A DNA stretch of 64,000 bases from Pseudomonadota bacterium (GTDB lineage Bacteria; Bdellovibrionota_B; Oligoflexia; Oligoflexales; CAIYRB01): contig JANOTL010000132.1 in assembly GCA_031416315.1 (NCBI GenBank), positions 16,231 to 80,230 on the forward strand. The letters run 5' to 3'. Shown one piece after another: positions 8,511-17,900 of the stretch (positions are counted from its first letter, which is position 1; each line of letters opens with the position of its first letter). The notes beneath the pieces were generated by a model. The model did no database searches. It was not told the origin of the DNA and saw only the letters and a list, made by a program, of their open reading frames with translations. A program made the position numbers and the translations under genes.

Positions 8511-9659
8511 ATGCTCGGTCGGTTTTTGCGGAAACGCCAAAGCTTCGCGGCACAGCTATGTACACTCCTGTGCGCGTCCTTCCTCGCTTCCCACGCGCAC
8601 GCCGTGACGGCCGTCCGGACCAGCCGGACCCCCTTCCTCTATGACATCACGACCTTCACCACGACGCTGTCTTTGCCGGTGACGGACCAGGTCGAGACGA
8701 TCAAGATGGACGCGGAGCACATCAAAACGCGTCTCGAGCTCGCGAAGGACGACGAGTCCATCGAGCCCTTGTCGATCCTGATCAACGACGACGACGCCGC
8801 GATCGCCGCGATGACCGAGCGCTTGGCGCTCAGGGACTCGGAAAACGAGTTCGCGGATTACTTGAAGAAAGCGGTCAAACGCGCCAAGCCGACCAAAAAG
8901 GGCTCGCCGACACGCACCATCGAGTTCGACGAGGCGGGCTTCAATCTCGTCGACAAAGACGCGTTCGCCGAAATCTACTCCCGCACGCATCACAAGCTGA
9001 CGCTCTCGACCACCGAGCTGAAAAAGGACCCCGCCCTCCGGCGCGAGTTCGTGAAGCAGATGACGCCCTTCTTCTCGAAGAAGGAGCGCAAGGCCCTCCT
9101 CGGCAAGATCATGAAGGGCGAGACGATCGACATCGACCAAGAGATGCTGCCGGATTTCGCCCGCAAAATGGTCGGCAAGTACATCGTCTACCGCGGCCCC
9201 AACTGCTTCCACGCGGCTTTGGCCTTCCATAGCCCGCAGTTCACGTCGAGCTCGCTCATCAACGTGAAGAAGGAAACCGGCTACCACAGGGCGATGATCA
9301 ACTACGACGAGCTGTGGCGGGCCATCAATCAGAACTTCTACGAAGTCGACCCGGACAAGGTGCCCCTGAAGTACGGAGACATGCTGGTCTTCTTCGACGT
9401 TCCCGAGAATGAGACCGGCGAGCGCGACCACCCGGTCAACTTCCGCTGGATTCGCCATACCGCGACCTACCTCTTCGGCGGCTACACCTTCTCGAAAGGC
9501 TCGAAGTCGCCCAACACTCCGTACACGGTCCGCACGCTGGCGGAGGAGTGGAAAACCTGGAAGAAGTTCACGACGAACCTGGGCATCAAGGTCTTCCGCC
9601 GCTCCCAGCGCACGGCCAAGGGGCAGCCGCCGGTCGATCTGTCGGACTGGATTTATTAA
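8511..9659 (+). CDS. Secreted hypothetical protein with C-terminal NlpC/P60-like (papain-fold) Cys-His domain
   Basis: Signal-like ...ASHAHA; GPNCFHAAL, YGDMLVF, HTATYLFGG. Confidence 0.65.
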   Translation: MLGRFLRKRQSFAAQLCTLLCASFLASHAHAVTAVRTSRTPFLYDITTFTTTLSLPVTDQVETIKMDAEHIKTRLELAKDDESIEPLSILINDDDAAIAAMTERLALRDSENEFADYLKKAVKRAKPTKKGSPTRTIEFDEAGFNLVDKDAFAEIYSRTHHKLTLSTTELKKDPALRREFVKQMTPFFSKKERKALLGKIMKGETIDIDQEMLPDFARKMVGKYIVYRGPNCFHAALAFHSPQFTSSSLINVKKETGYHRAMINYDELWRAINQNFYEVDPDKVPLKYGDMLVFFDVPENETGERDHPVNFRWIRHTATYLFGGYTFSKGSKSPNTPYTVRTLAEEWKTWKKFTTNLGIKVFRRSQRTAKGQPPVDLSDWIY

Positions 9660-9691
9660 GACCTCGGATTTACTAAAATTTAATGGGTTTC

Positions 9692-9721
9692 TTGCGACTC
9701 TCGTTCCGGGCGTGCTATAAA
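9692..9721 (+). promoter_or_regulatory. Putative sigma70 promoter upstream of the RNA methyltransferase
   Basis: TTGCGA-N18-TATAAA with extended -10 TG. Confidence 0.45.
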
Positions 9722-9767
9722 CCGCCCTCTCGAACGCGACGCAATCCCGAAAAACTCAAGAATCCCC

Positions 9768-11090
9768 ATGACCAGGCCTTTCTCTCCCAAGCCGAGGAAC
9801 GCTAAGCCCGCGCGTCGTGCGCCGGCGAACGACCGTCACGTCGTTCTGCCGCGCAACGTCTTCCGCCGCGGGACCGGGGGAGGCGCGCGCGCGCTGAACA
9901 TGGTCGCCAAGCCGACCCAGCTCTGCGGCCTGAAGCAAGAATGCGGCTCCTGCGCGTATGTCAACGACGACTACAATGAGAGCCTCGCCACCAAGTTCGA
10001 GAAGGGCGTCGCCACGCTCGAAGCCACGGGCGTCGTGCCGCGCGGTCGCATTCTCCAGCCCCGCCGCTCGCCGAAAGAGTTCGAGTACAGGAGCCTCTTC
10101 AAGCTCGCCGTCCGCGCCTCCCGTCGTGAAGGCCAGCGATTCCAGATCGGTCTGTTCGCGCCGGCTACGCATTCCGTGGTCGACATGGACCAGTGCCCGC
10201 TGCACGCGGCGCCGCTGCGCGCTTTGATCCGCGATCTGCGCGCCGAGCTCGAGATCTCGCCGATCACGCCTTTTGACGAGACGGCGCATACGGGCCAGCT
10301 GCGCTATGTCGCCGCGCGCTCCGCGCACCTGACGGGCGAGCTCATCCTCACCTTCGTCGTCACGGAATCGATCAAGGTCGAGCTGAAGCGCCTCGTGCAT
10401 GCGCTGCAGCGCAAGGGCCACAAGATCAACTCCGCGCACATGAACCTGAACCTGGAGAAGGGCAACGCCATCTTCGGCTCGGAGACGACGCGTCTCGTCG
10501 GCTCGGATCGCTTGCGCGAACGGCTCTGCGACCTCGATTTCGAGGTCGGCCCGACGTCCTTTTTCCAGGTGAACCCTTGGCAGGCGATCAATCTCTACCG
10601 TCGCATCGAGCAGATCGCCGGCGCGCCGGGGAAAAAGACCGTAGCCTGGGACCTCTACTGCGGCACCGGCCAAATCGCGCTGGTCCTGGCGCGGCTCGGC
10701 TACCGCGTGCTCGGCATCGAGGAAAACCCCAGCGCGATCGACGACGCGCGCCTGAACGCCCGCAAGAACAACCTCGACCAAGATGCGACATTCATCGCCG
10801 CGCGCGTCGAAGACAGTCGCGAGGCCGTCCCCAGCTGGGCTGCCGCGCCGGAATTGATCGTCGTGAATCCTTCGCGCCGCGGCCTGGCGGATCCGACGCG
10901 GAAGCACCTGGCGCGACTCCTCGCGATGTTCCCGGAGAGCCGCTTCGTCTACGTCTCGTGCGAGGTCGAGACCTTGGCTCGCGATCTCAAAGAGCTGACG
11001 TCGACCGGATTCCAAGTGCGTCAGGTCGAGCCTTTCGACATGTTTCCGCAGACGGATAACATGGAATGGCTCGTGGTGATGACGCGCTGA
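9768..11090 (+). CDS. rlmD: 23S rRNA (uracil-5-)-methyltransferase, RlmD/RlmC family, no TRAM domain
   Basis: C-x5-CGSC Fe-S motif, SFFQVN, DLYCGTG, NPSRRG, YVSC, DMFPQT. Confidence 0.85.
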   Translation: MTRPFSPKPRNAKPARRAPANDRHVVLPRNVFRRGTGGGARALNMVAKPTQLCGLKQECGSCAYVNDDYNESLATKFEKGVATLEATGVVPRGRILQPRRSPKEFEYRSLFKLAVRASRREGQRFQIGLFAPATHSVVDMDQCPLHAAPLRALIRDLRAELEISPITPFDETAHTGQLRYVAARSAHLTGELILTFVVTESIKVELKRLVHALQRKGHKINSAHMNLNLEKGNAIFGSETTRLVGSDRLRERLCDLDFEVGPTSFFQVNPWQAINLYRRIEQIAGAPGKKTVAWDLYCGTGQIALVLARLGYRVLGIEENPSAIDDARLNARKNNLDQDATFIAARVEDSREAVPSWAAAPELIVVNPSRRGLADPTRKHLARLLAMFPESRFVYVSCEVETLARDLKELTSTGFQVRQVEPFDMFPQTDNMEWLVVMTR

Positions 11091-11399
11091 TCAGGCCCGC
11101 GGCGCGGTCCGCTTTGCACTCTTTCGCCGCGTTCTTCTTGGAGATGGGCGGCTCGATCGAGTAGGCGGCCACGGGTCCGGTCGACACGATCAGTTGAAGT
11201 GCCTTCACGTGGCAGAAGTTTATCTCCGCCTGCAAGTCGCGACGCCGCAAACCGAATTCGGGGAGGCTTAAGGGCCGGGCGGAAAAAGCCGTAGAGAGCA
11301 CATCGCTATTGAGGGCAGCTTGCTCTCCGCTCCTGGTCCCGAACGCCGCATCGCCCCCGCGATGCACTCCATGCGTTCGCACCAAACCAGGAGTGTGAC

Positions 11400-12659
11400 A
11401 TGAAGTTGATCGCGATCTCGGTGCTGGTTCTTGCGTTGGCCACGTCGGCTTGCTCGGATCCTGCAAGCTTTACGACCACGAGCCAGTCGGGTCCACACTC
11501 CCGGGGAAGTGGCGACGGCGACGACGGCAACGACGGCAACGACGGTGGCGACTCCTCGGAGCCGACGGTACGCGTCATCGTGAACAAGCAGCAAGGTCCC
11601 AAGATTGGTGACACCAGCACAGACGGCGGCTCCAAGCGCCCGGACGGTACCGGCAGCAGCACGGAAAAATCGGCGGAAGGTCCCGACGTGGCGCCAGCGG
11701 CGCCGACGTCGCCCATCGTTCTGGTCACCAACGACGTGCTGGAAGCGATGCCGAGCGAAGACGACGGCAGCACGGCACTCACCACGATCCAATTCAACGA
11801 CGCCGCGACAGTCAAGGGATGTGGAACGCTCGAAGGCTCGTCGGACTGCTTGGTCATAGCCAACGGCGAAGGCACGAAGCCCGAAGAATCCGACGAGGTG
11901 AAGCGCCGGATCGTATACATCGCGGGCCTGCATTCCTCCACCTACTTCCTGATTCTCGGCAACGACTCGGACAAGTGGGACAAATGGGGCTCCGAGTGCG
12001 CCCGCGGCAATCCGGTCTCCTGCGCGTCCATGAGCGTCCTGAAGCAAGAGCTCCCGCAGCACCAATTCGCCTATAACAAGACGTTCTTCGCAGTAGACGT
12101 GGAGCGGGCGCGAGTGATCGTGGGCAAGCGCGACAACGCGAAGATCAAGGATCTGCGCTCGGCCGGCCTCTGCGAAGGCTTCTTTCTTGGGAACTCGAAG
12201 CGCCGGACGGGCGACGCTTACAGGGCGCGCCACCACCTCGACAATTCGTTCGTCTTCGGTACCCATTGCGCGGCCGGTGACAAAGGCGCCTGCGACGCGG
12301 TGGACGACCAGCAGCAGCTCTTCAACAACTACACCGTGCGTCACCGCCAAGCCGCGCCGCTCGCGATCTGCGTGATGGCGCGCGACGAAATCCCCGCCGA
12401 AGTGGCGAGCGCCTGCCTGCCGTCGAGCACGAAGGCGACGAAGCTCGAGACCTTCCGCAGCTACCACTTCATGAACACCTACGAGCGCAAGCGCAAGGAA
12501 TTCGCGACGTGGGACGGCGCGTGCACTCGCGGCAACCAGGAAGCCTGCGCGACGAAGATCGTGGCCGAGCGCGAGCTGAAGCTCTTCAGCGCGGCATGGG
12601 CGAAGAACGAGTTCGGTCCGGAGGCCGAATTCACCTGTTATCTCGATATGGCGAAATGA
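11400..12659 (+). CDS. Hypothetical lipoprotein with three Cys-paired helical repeats
   Basis: AGGAG SD; LATSAC lipobox; CARGNPVSC, CAAGDKGAC, CTRGNQEAC. Confidence 0.75.
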   Translation: MKLIAISVLVLALATSACSDPASFTTTSQSGPHSRGSGDGDDGNDGNDGGDSSEPTVRVIVNKQQGPKIGDTSTDGGSKRPDGTGSSTEKSAEGPDVAPAAPTSPIVLVTNDVLEAMPSEDDGSTALTTIQFNDAATVKGCGTLEGSSDCLVIANGEGTKPEESDEVKRRIVYIAGLHSSTYFLILGNDSDKWDKWGSECARGNPVSCASMSVLKQELPQHQFAYNKTFFAVDVERARVIVGKRDNAKIKDLRSAGLCEGFFLGNSKRRTGDAYRARHHLDNSFVFGTHCAAGDKGACDAVDDQQQLFNNYTVRHRQAAPLAICVMARDEIPAEVASACLPSSTKATKLETFRSYHFMNTYERKRKEFATWDGACTRGNQEACATKIVAERELKLFSAAWAKNEFGPEAEFTCYLDMAK

Positions 12660-12750
12660 GCTTTCGGTACAATCTCAATATTATTAAGCTGTTATCAGCT
12701 GTCTGGCGAGAGCGGTACAGCCGCGGCAGCAAATTTCCGAATAGGTCAGC

Positions 12751-14370
12751 ATGAATAAACTCCTCAAAATCGCCGTCATCGTTTGGGCCTCGGCGCAAGG
12801 CGCGCGTTGCGACAGCGAGGCCGGGTTCGCCGGCCTCGGCGGAGCCAAACAAGGCGGGCAACCGAAGCCGAAGCCAGCGGCGACGGAGACCTTGGCCGGC
12901 GGCGCGCCGACGGAAGCGTCGGCTAGCGCGCCGGGGCCGCTCGAGGTACCGGGACCGGGGGCGACGCCGACAACCGCGCACTTGCCCGGACCAGCCGCGG
13001 CTGGCGATGACGTCTTGATCGCGGGTGGTGGCGGGGCGACGGATGCAACGGATGCAACGGATGCAACGGATGCAACGGATGCGACGGATGCGACCGTTGC
13101 CGCCGGAGACGCTGGTGAAGGCACTGACGGCACCGACGCCGCTGATCCCATGACTCCCGTGGTCGGTCCAGTCCCAGGGCCCGCCCCGGCACCGAATCCA
13201 CCGTCACCGCCACCGCCGCCGCCGCTGCCACCGGCACCGCGTTTTCACCTCGTCTACGGCGAGGGATCGAACATCCATCACCTGAGCAACTCGGGAAGCA
13301 ACGGAGCCTGGCAGCGTGTCACAGTGTATGCCGGAGCAGCTTACAGCACTCTGAGCCTGGCGCTCGACGCCAACGACGACCCGATCGTCTCGTACGGCAA
13401 CGCGGCCGGCGGCGATGGGGTGCGCTACGATCGCGCCACGAACGGAACGTGGGCGGCCGCGCACTCCTCGGTCTTCGTGTCGGGACTCAGTACGCACTAC
13501 AATCACCTGGCGGTCGATTCGGCCGGAATCGCGCATGTCGGCGTCTCTGGCGACGGTTATTCGCTCGGCTCACACTACGGAACCGCCGCCGGTTGGACCA
13601 CCGAAGCGGCCGCGAGTCCCGGCACGTGGACTATTCCGCACCAAGCGATCACCGTCGCCATGGACGACGCCGACCGGCCGCACCTTGTTGCGAGCCGCTC
13701 CCTGATGGGAGGCGCAACCGTCGCAGTCTATGTCACACGCGATCCTTCTGACACGACGGCACCCTTCACTTGGCTCGCGCCGGTGACGCGCGGCGCCGCT
13801 TGCGCGACGGCGACGCAGACGGATCTCGCCGTACGAACGGCGTATCCGCCGGAGGTCGCGACACGCGCCGACCATGCGCACATGGTCTTTGTATGCAACG
13901 CGGCGGGCACCGCATCCGTAATCTACGCGACGAATGCTTCCGGAGCGTGGGTCGATCAGACGATCGCGACGACGAGTCTCTCGTCCCGTCCAAGCATCGC
14001 CGTCGGCGCCGACGGTCGCGTCCACGTCGCCGCTCTCGCGAGCGACGGCAAGCAGCTAAACTACTACACGCGCACATCGGGCGCGGCTGGAACATGGTCC
14101 GCGGCAAAGTTGATCGAGGACGGCGGGACAGTATCCACGCCTTCAGCGCCGCAAATCGCGATCGCAGTAGACGGCAAGGTGCACGTGTTCCATCTGCTGA
14201 TTCCCGTCGACGGCACAACGGCCGGGGCGATCCGCCACGCAGCCGACGTCGCGGCGGCCGGGGCGATCGCGCCCGTGTCGATCCGGGACGTCGCCAACGG
14301 GACGCGCCTCGGGCAGAAGGTCGGGATTTCCGGAGCCGAGGGTGTGAGCAATCACGTCTTAGTACCGTAA
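12751..14370 (+). CDS. Secreted/lipoprotein with low-complexity stalk and C-terminal beta-propeller-like repeats
   Basis: ATD repeats, poly-Pro, then six repeats like SIAVGADGRVHV / HLAVDSAGIAHV. Confidence 0.75.
   Translation: MNKLLKIAVIVWASAQGARCDSEAGFAGLGGAKQGGQPKPKPAATETLAGGAPTEASASAPGPLEVPGPGATPTTAHLPGPAAAGDDVLIAGGGGATDATDATDATDATDATDATVAAGDAGEGTDGTDAADPMTPVVGPVPGPAPAPNPPSPPPPPPLPPAPRFHLVYGEGSNIHHLSNSGSNGAWQRVTVYAGAAYSTLSLALDANDDPIVSYGNAAGGDGVRYDRATNGTWAAAHSSVFVSGLSTHYNHLAVDSAGIAHVGVSGDGYSLGSHYGTAAGWTTEAAASPGTWTIPHQAITVAMDDADRPHLVASRSLMGGATVAVYVTRDPSDTTAPFTWLAPVTRGAACATATQTDLAVRTAYPPEVATRADHAHMVFVCNAAGTASVIYATNASGAWVDQTIATTSLSSRPSIAVGADGRVHVAALASDGKQLNYYTRTSGAAGTWSAAKLIEDGGTVSTPSAPQIAIAVDGKVHVFHLLIPVDGTTAGAIRHAADVAAAGAIAPVSIRDVANGTRLGQKVGISGAEGVSNHVLVP
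13036..13095 (+). repeat. 9-bp tandem repeat GCRACGGAT x6 plus partial (encodes ATD)
   Basis: Read directly from sequence. Confidence 0.95.
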
Positions 14371-14371
14371 G

Positions 14372-14935
14372 CTACTGCTTGACGTAAGCCTCAGCCTCGG
14401 ACGAAAGCACGCCCGTCGTCTGGCTCGTAAACTGCAACTTGGTGCCGGTGATCTTGTAGTAGCTGCCCTTGGTCTGACCGACGAAGGTCGTGATCGAAGC
14501 GAAAAGGGCGCAGCCGACGACGGTTTTCTCGACGCCGACGGCCCAGTCGGTCGCGCCGCAGGTCGCGGTCGTGTTGGAGGCGGCGGCGAACTCGGCGGTG
14601 CTCGGAGCGGCGGTGACGTCGGTGACGGCCCAGTTGAGCGGATAAGCGCCGTTCGCATCGGGCTTATTCTTCACGCGCTCGTAGCTTCCCTTCATGCGGA
14701 GCGTAAGCGTCTCGGTACCGGCCGTGCACCCTTCGGCGCTGTACGACTGCGTGACGTTGACGAGCGAGCTGCCAGCGTAGACGTAGGAGTTGACCGACTT
14801 CATGGATCCGCCGCCGCAGGATTGCACCCACGTGCCCGTGGGATCCGGGCCGAGCACGATCTCGTCCTCTTCCTCTTTGCCGCAGCTCCAAGTCAGCAAG
14901 GCGACGACGACGAAAGAGAGGGATAGGCTTCGCAT
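14372..14935 (-). CDS. Hypothetical lipoprotein, beta-rich (lipocalin-like GTW motif)
   Basis: LTWSC lipobox followed by GKEEEDE; PTGTWVQSC. Confidence 0.75.
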   Translation of the reverse strand: MRSLSLSFVVVALLTWSCGKEEEDEIVLGPDPTGTWVQSCGGGSMKSVNSYVYAGSSLVNVTQSYSAEGCTAGTETLTLRMKGSYERVKNKPDANGAYPLNWAVTDVTAAPSTAEFAAASNTTATCGATDWAVGVEKTVVGCALFASITTFVGQTKGSYYKITGTKLQFTSQTTGVLSSEAEAYVKQ

Positions 14936-14965
14936 GGGCGCTCCGCGAGATATGATGGTTTGGGC

Positions 14966-17900
14966 TCATTCGAGGGACTTGAGCTTACCATAGGCCACCA
15001 AGCTTTCGAGGGCGAGACCTTGGATCGAGCCGATCGCCTGCAGCACGCCGAGGTTGGCGCGCAGGAGCTGCTCGTCGGCGGTACGCACCTTGTCCATCGC
15101 AATCGTGCCGGCGCCCCAAGCCGCTTGTAGCGCGGTTTGCGACGCAAGGGCGGCTTCGCGAAGGCTCAAGGCGGCACCGAGCTCCTCCGTCATGCGGGCC
15201 AGGCGGGGGATGAGTCCTTGGCGCGTTTCGGCGAAGCGGTCCTCGAGCTCACGGCGCTGTGCCGCCAGCTCCAAACGGCCGCGCTCGACGTCGCCGACCG
15301 CTCGGCGGCGCGTGCCGCCGTCGAGAAGATTCCAGTTAAGCTCCACGGCGACGACGTGCTGCGGCTTGGTATTGAGATTGCCCTCGAACCAAGTTTGCTG
15401 GCGGGCGAGGCCCAGGCCGAGGGTTGGGTAGAACGCCGCGTCCTGAGCGTCGCGAGCGGCGCGTTGCGATTCCTCGGCGGCGGTCAAAGCGGTGATCGCC
15501 GCGACCTTGGCCTCCGTCTTCGCATCGGCGAAGGCGAAGCGCGGAAGGCCGGGCGGCAGCTGAGGCGGGCGGCCGGTGCGGATTTGCAGCAAGATCGCGA
15601 GCCGCTCTTCCTCGGCGGCGGCGCGCGCCGCATCGAGGCGGGCTTGCTCGCGCGCCGCTTCGGCTTGCACGAGGTCCAAGCGGCTGGAGTTGCCGACGCT
15701 GACGCGGTCTTCGACGGATTTGGCGCGACGCTCGGCGATGCTCAGGGCGTTCTTGATGATGGCGTTCATCTCTCGGGCGATGGCGAATTGTAACAAAGTC
15801 TGCGCATTGCCGACGCGGCGCCCATCGCGGAGCGACTCAATCTGCGGCTCTTGCTGGGCGTCGAGCGCGTTCGCGAGCGAAAGGCCGTACAGAGCTTGCG
15901 CGTTAAAGAGGGGAACCTTCATGCCGACGCTGAACTGATCCTGCTGGCGCGGGAGCACGGGAATCGCGGTCGTGACGGGGCCGCCGAGCTGCGGCGGCAG
16001 CGGGATCGTCATCTCCTGCTCGAAGCCGGGCCGCGCCCACTGGCGGCTGGCCGAGACGTTCAGGCCGCCCAAAAAGGCGAGGCGCGAAGCGTCGCGCGCG
16101 GTCTCCGTGGCGACGTCGACGGCACGGGAGCGCAGGGATTCGGCGCTGCCTTCGGGCGTGGCCGCGACGATCTGGGCCTGCGCGGGTGGCGGCAGCGTGC
16201 CGAAGAGGGCGTAAGCGCGGTCGATGGGCGAACCGGCAGCCGGCGCCTCGGCCCGCGCCCGCGGGGCTTCGAGCGTCGCGACGAGCGCCAGGGGCAGGAG
16301 CAAGCTCGCCGCGCGCGCGGCGGTGGCGAGACGCGCCGGTTTCCGCGTTCGGCCGCGCCATTTGCCGATCAGGCCGAAGATCGCCGGCACGACGATCAAG
16401 GACAAAAGCGTCGAGGAAACGACGCCGCCGATGATGGCGATCGCCATCGGGCTGCGGAACTCGGAGCCGGATCCTTGCATGACGGCGGTCGGCACCATGC
16501 CGGCGACCATCGCGGCGGAGGTCATGAGGATCGGGCGCGAGCGCTCCTTGACGCTGTCCATCACGGCCTGCGCGAGCGGCTGGTCCTTCTCCTTCTTGCC
16601 GATGGCGTCGACGAGCAGAATGCCGTTCTTCGCGGCGAGCCCCATCAAGAAGAGGATGCCGATGATCGAGCCAAGCGCCAGCTGGTGTCCCGCCATTGCG
16701 AGCGCGAAAAAGGCGCCAACGGAGGCGAGGGGCAGGGACAGGATGATGACGAACGGACGCAGCAAGTTCTCGAACTGCGCCGCGAGGATCACGAAGATGA
16801 AGAAGACGGCGGCGGCGATCGCGATGGTGAAGTTGACGATCATCTCTTCGAAGTTCTCGGCGTCGCCGGCGATTTCGGCCGTCATCGGCGCCGGGATCTT
16901 AGCGACGACGTCTTTTTTCACGTCGTTCAGCACTTGGTCAAGGGGGGCCGTCCGATCGAGAGTGGCCCACAAGATGACGGCACGACTGCGCTGCTGCCGG
17001 TCGATCGCGGTCGAGCGCGTCGAGGCCTGCGCGTCCGCGAAGCGATAAAGCGGGGTCGCGCCGCGCATTCCCGGCACGAGCAAAGTCGAGGCGAGGCGGC
17101 CGAACTCGCGATCGCTCTCCTGCACCCGCACATAGAACGGCAGGTTGTCGGCACCGACCGTGCCCGCCTCGAGGCCGGTGATGGCGAGGCGGCCGGTGAG
17201 CTCGACCGCGTCCGCGCCGGCGCCGGCGTACGCGATCTCGTTGCGGTTCAAAAGGACGTCGAACGCGGGCCCGGCGGTTGTCGTGTCGATGCGGGCGTCG
17301 GCTATGCCCTTGATCTTCTTCAAGCTAGCGTGCGCGGCGGATGCGGCCTGATCGAGCGTACCGAGGTCGGTGCCGAAGATCGTGAGCATTACAGGCGCCT
17401 GCATGCCGACGCCCTCGAACGGCGGCGGATCGAGGATGAGCCAGTCGGCGTCGATGCCTTCGAGCTTTTTCCGCGCCGAGTTGATGAGCGAGAGCAGGCC
17501 TTCCTTGCGCTCGGTCTTCGAGATGAAGAGGACACGGAATTCCGCGGTGCCGGCGGCGGTGGCGCCGCCTTCGCTGACGAACACGTCGGTCAAGCCAGGG
17601 AGGTCGGCTAAGCGATCGGCGGCGCCCTTCACCACGGCCTGAAAGGTCGCGCGAGTCATGCCGGGGCGGGATTTCAAGGACAAGACGAACTGGCCGCGGT
17701 CCTCGAAGGCAAGGAAGTCGGTCCCGCGCGCCGCGGTCAGGGCGAGGCCCGAGATCAGGACGCCGATCGTGAGCAGCGCGATGACGAAGGGACGTGCGTA
17801 CGCGACCCCGGCGAGCCGGCCGAAAAAAGCGTCCGAGCGGTGCATCGTGGCGCGCCAACGGTCCCAAAGCTTGCCCTTCAGCATCGAGGGCTCGCCGGCG

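Noticed and set aside
11091..11399. Coding-like minus-strand stretch (VKALQLIVSTGPVAAYSIEPP...)
   Set aside because: No convincing start and runs ~100 nt into rlmD; at most an unidentifiable remnant
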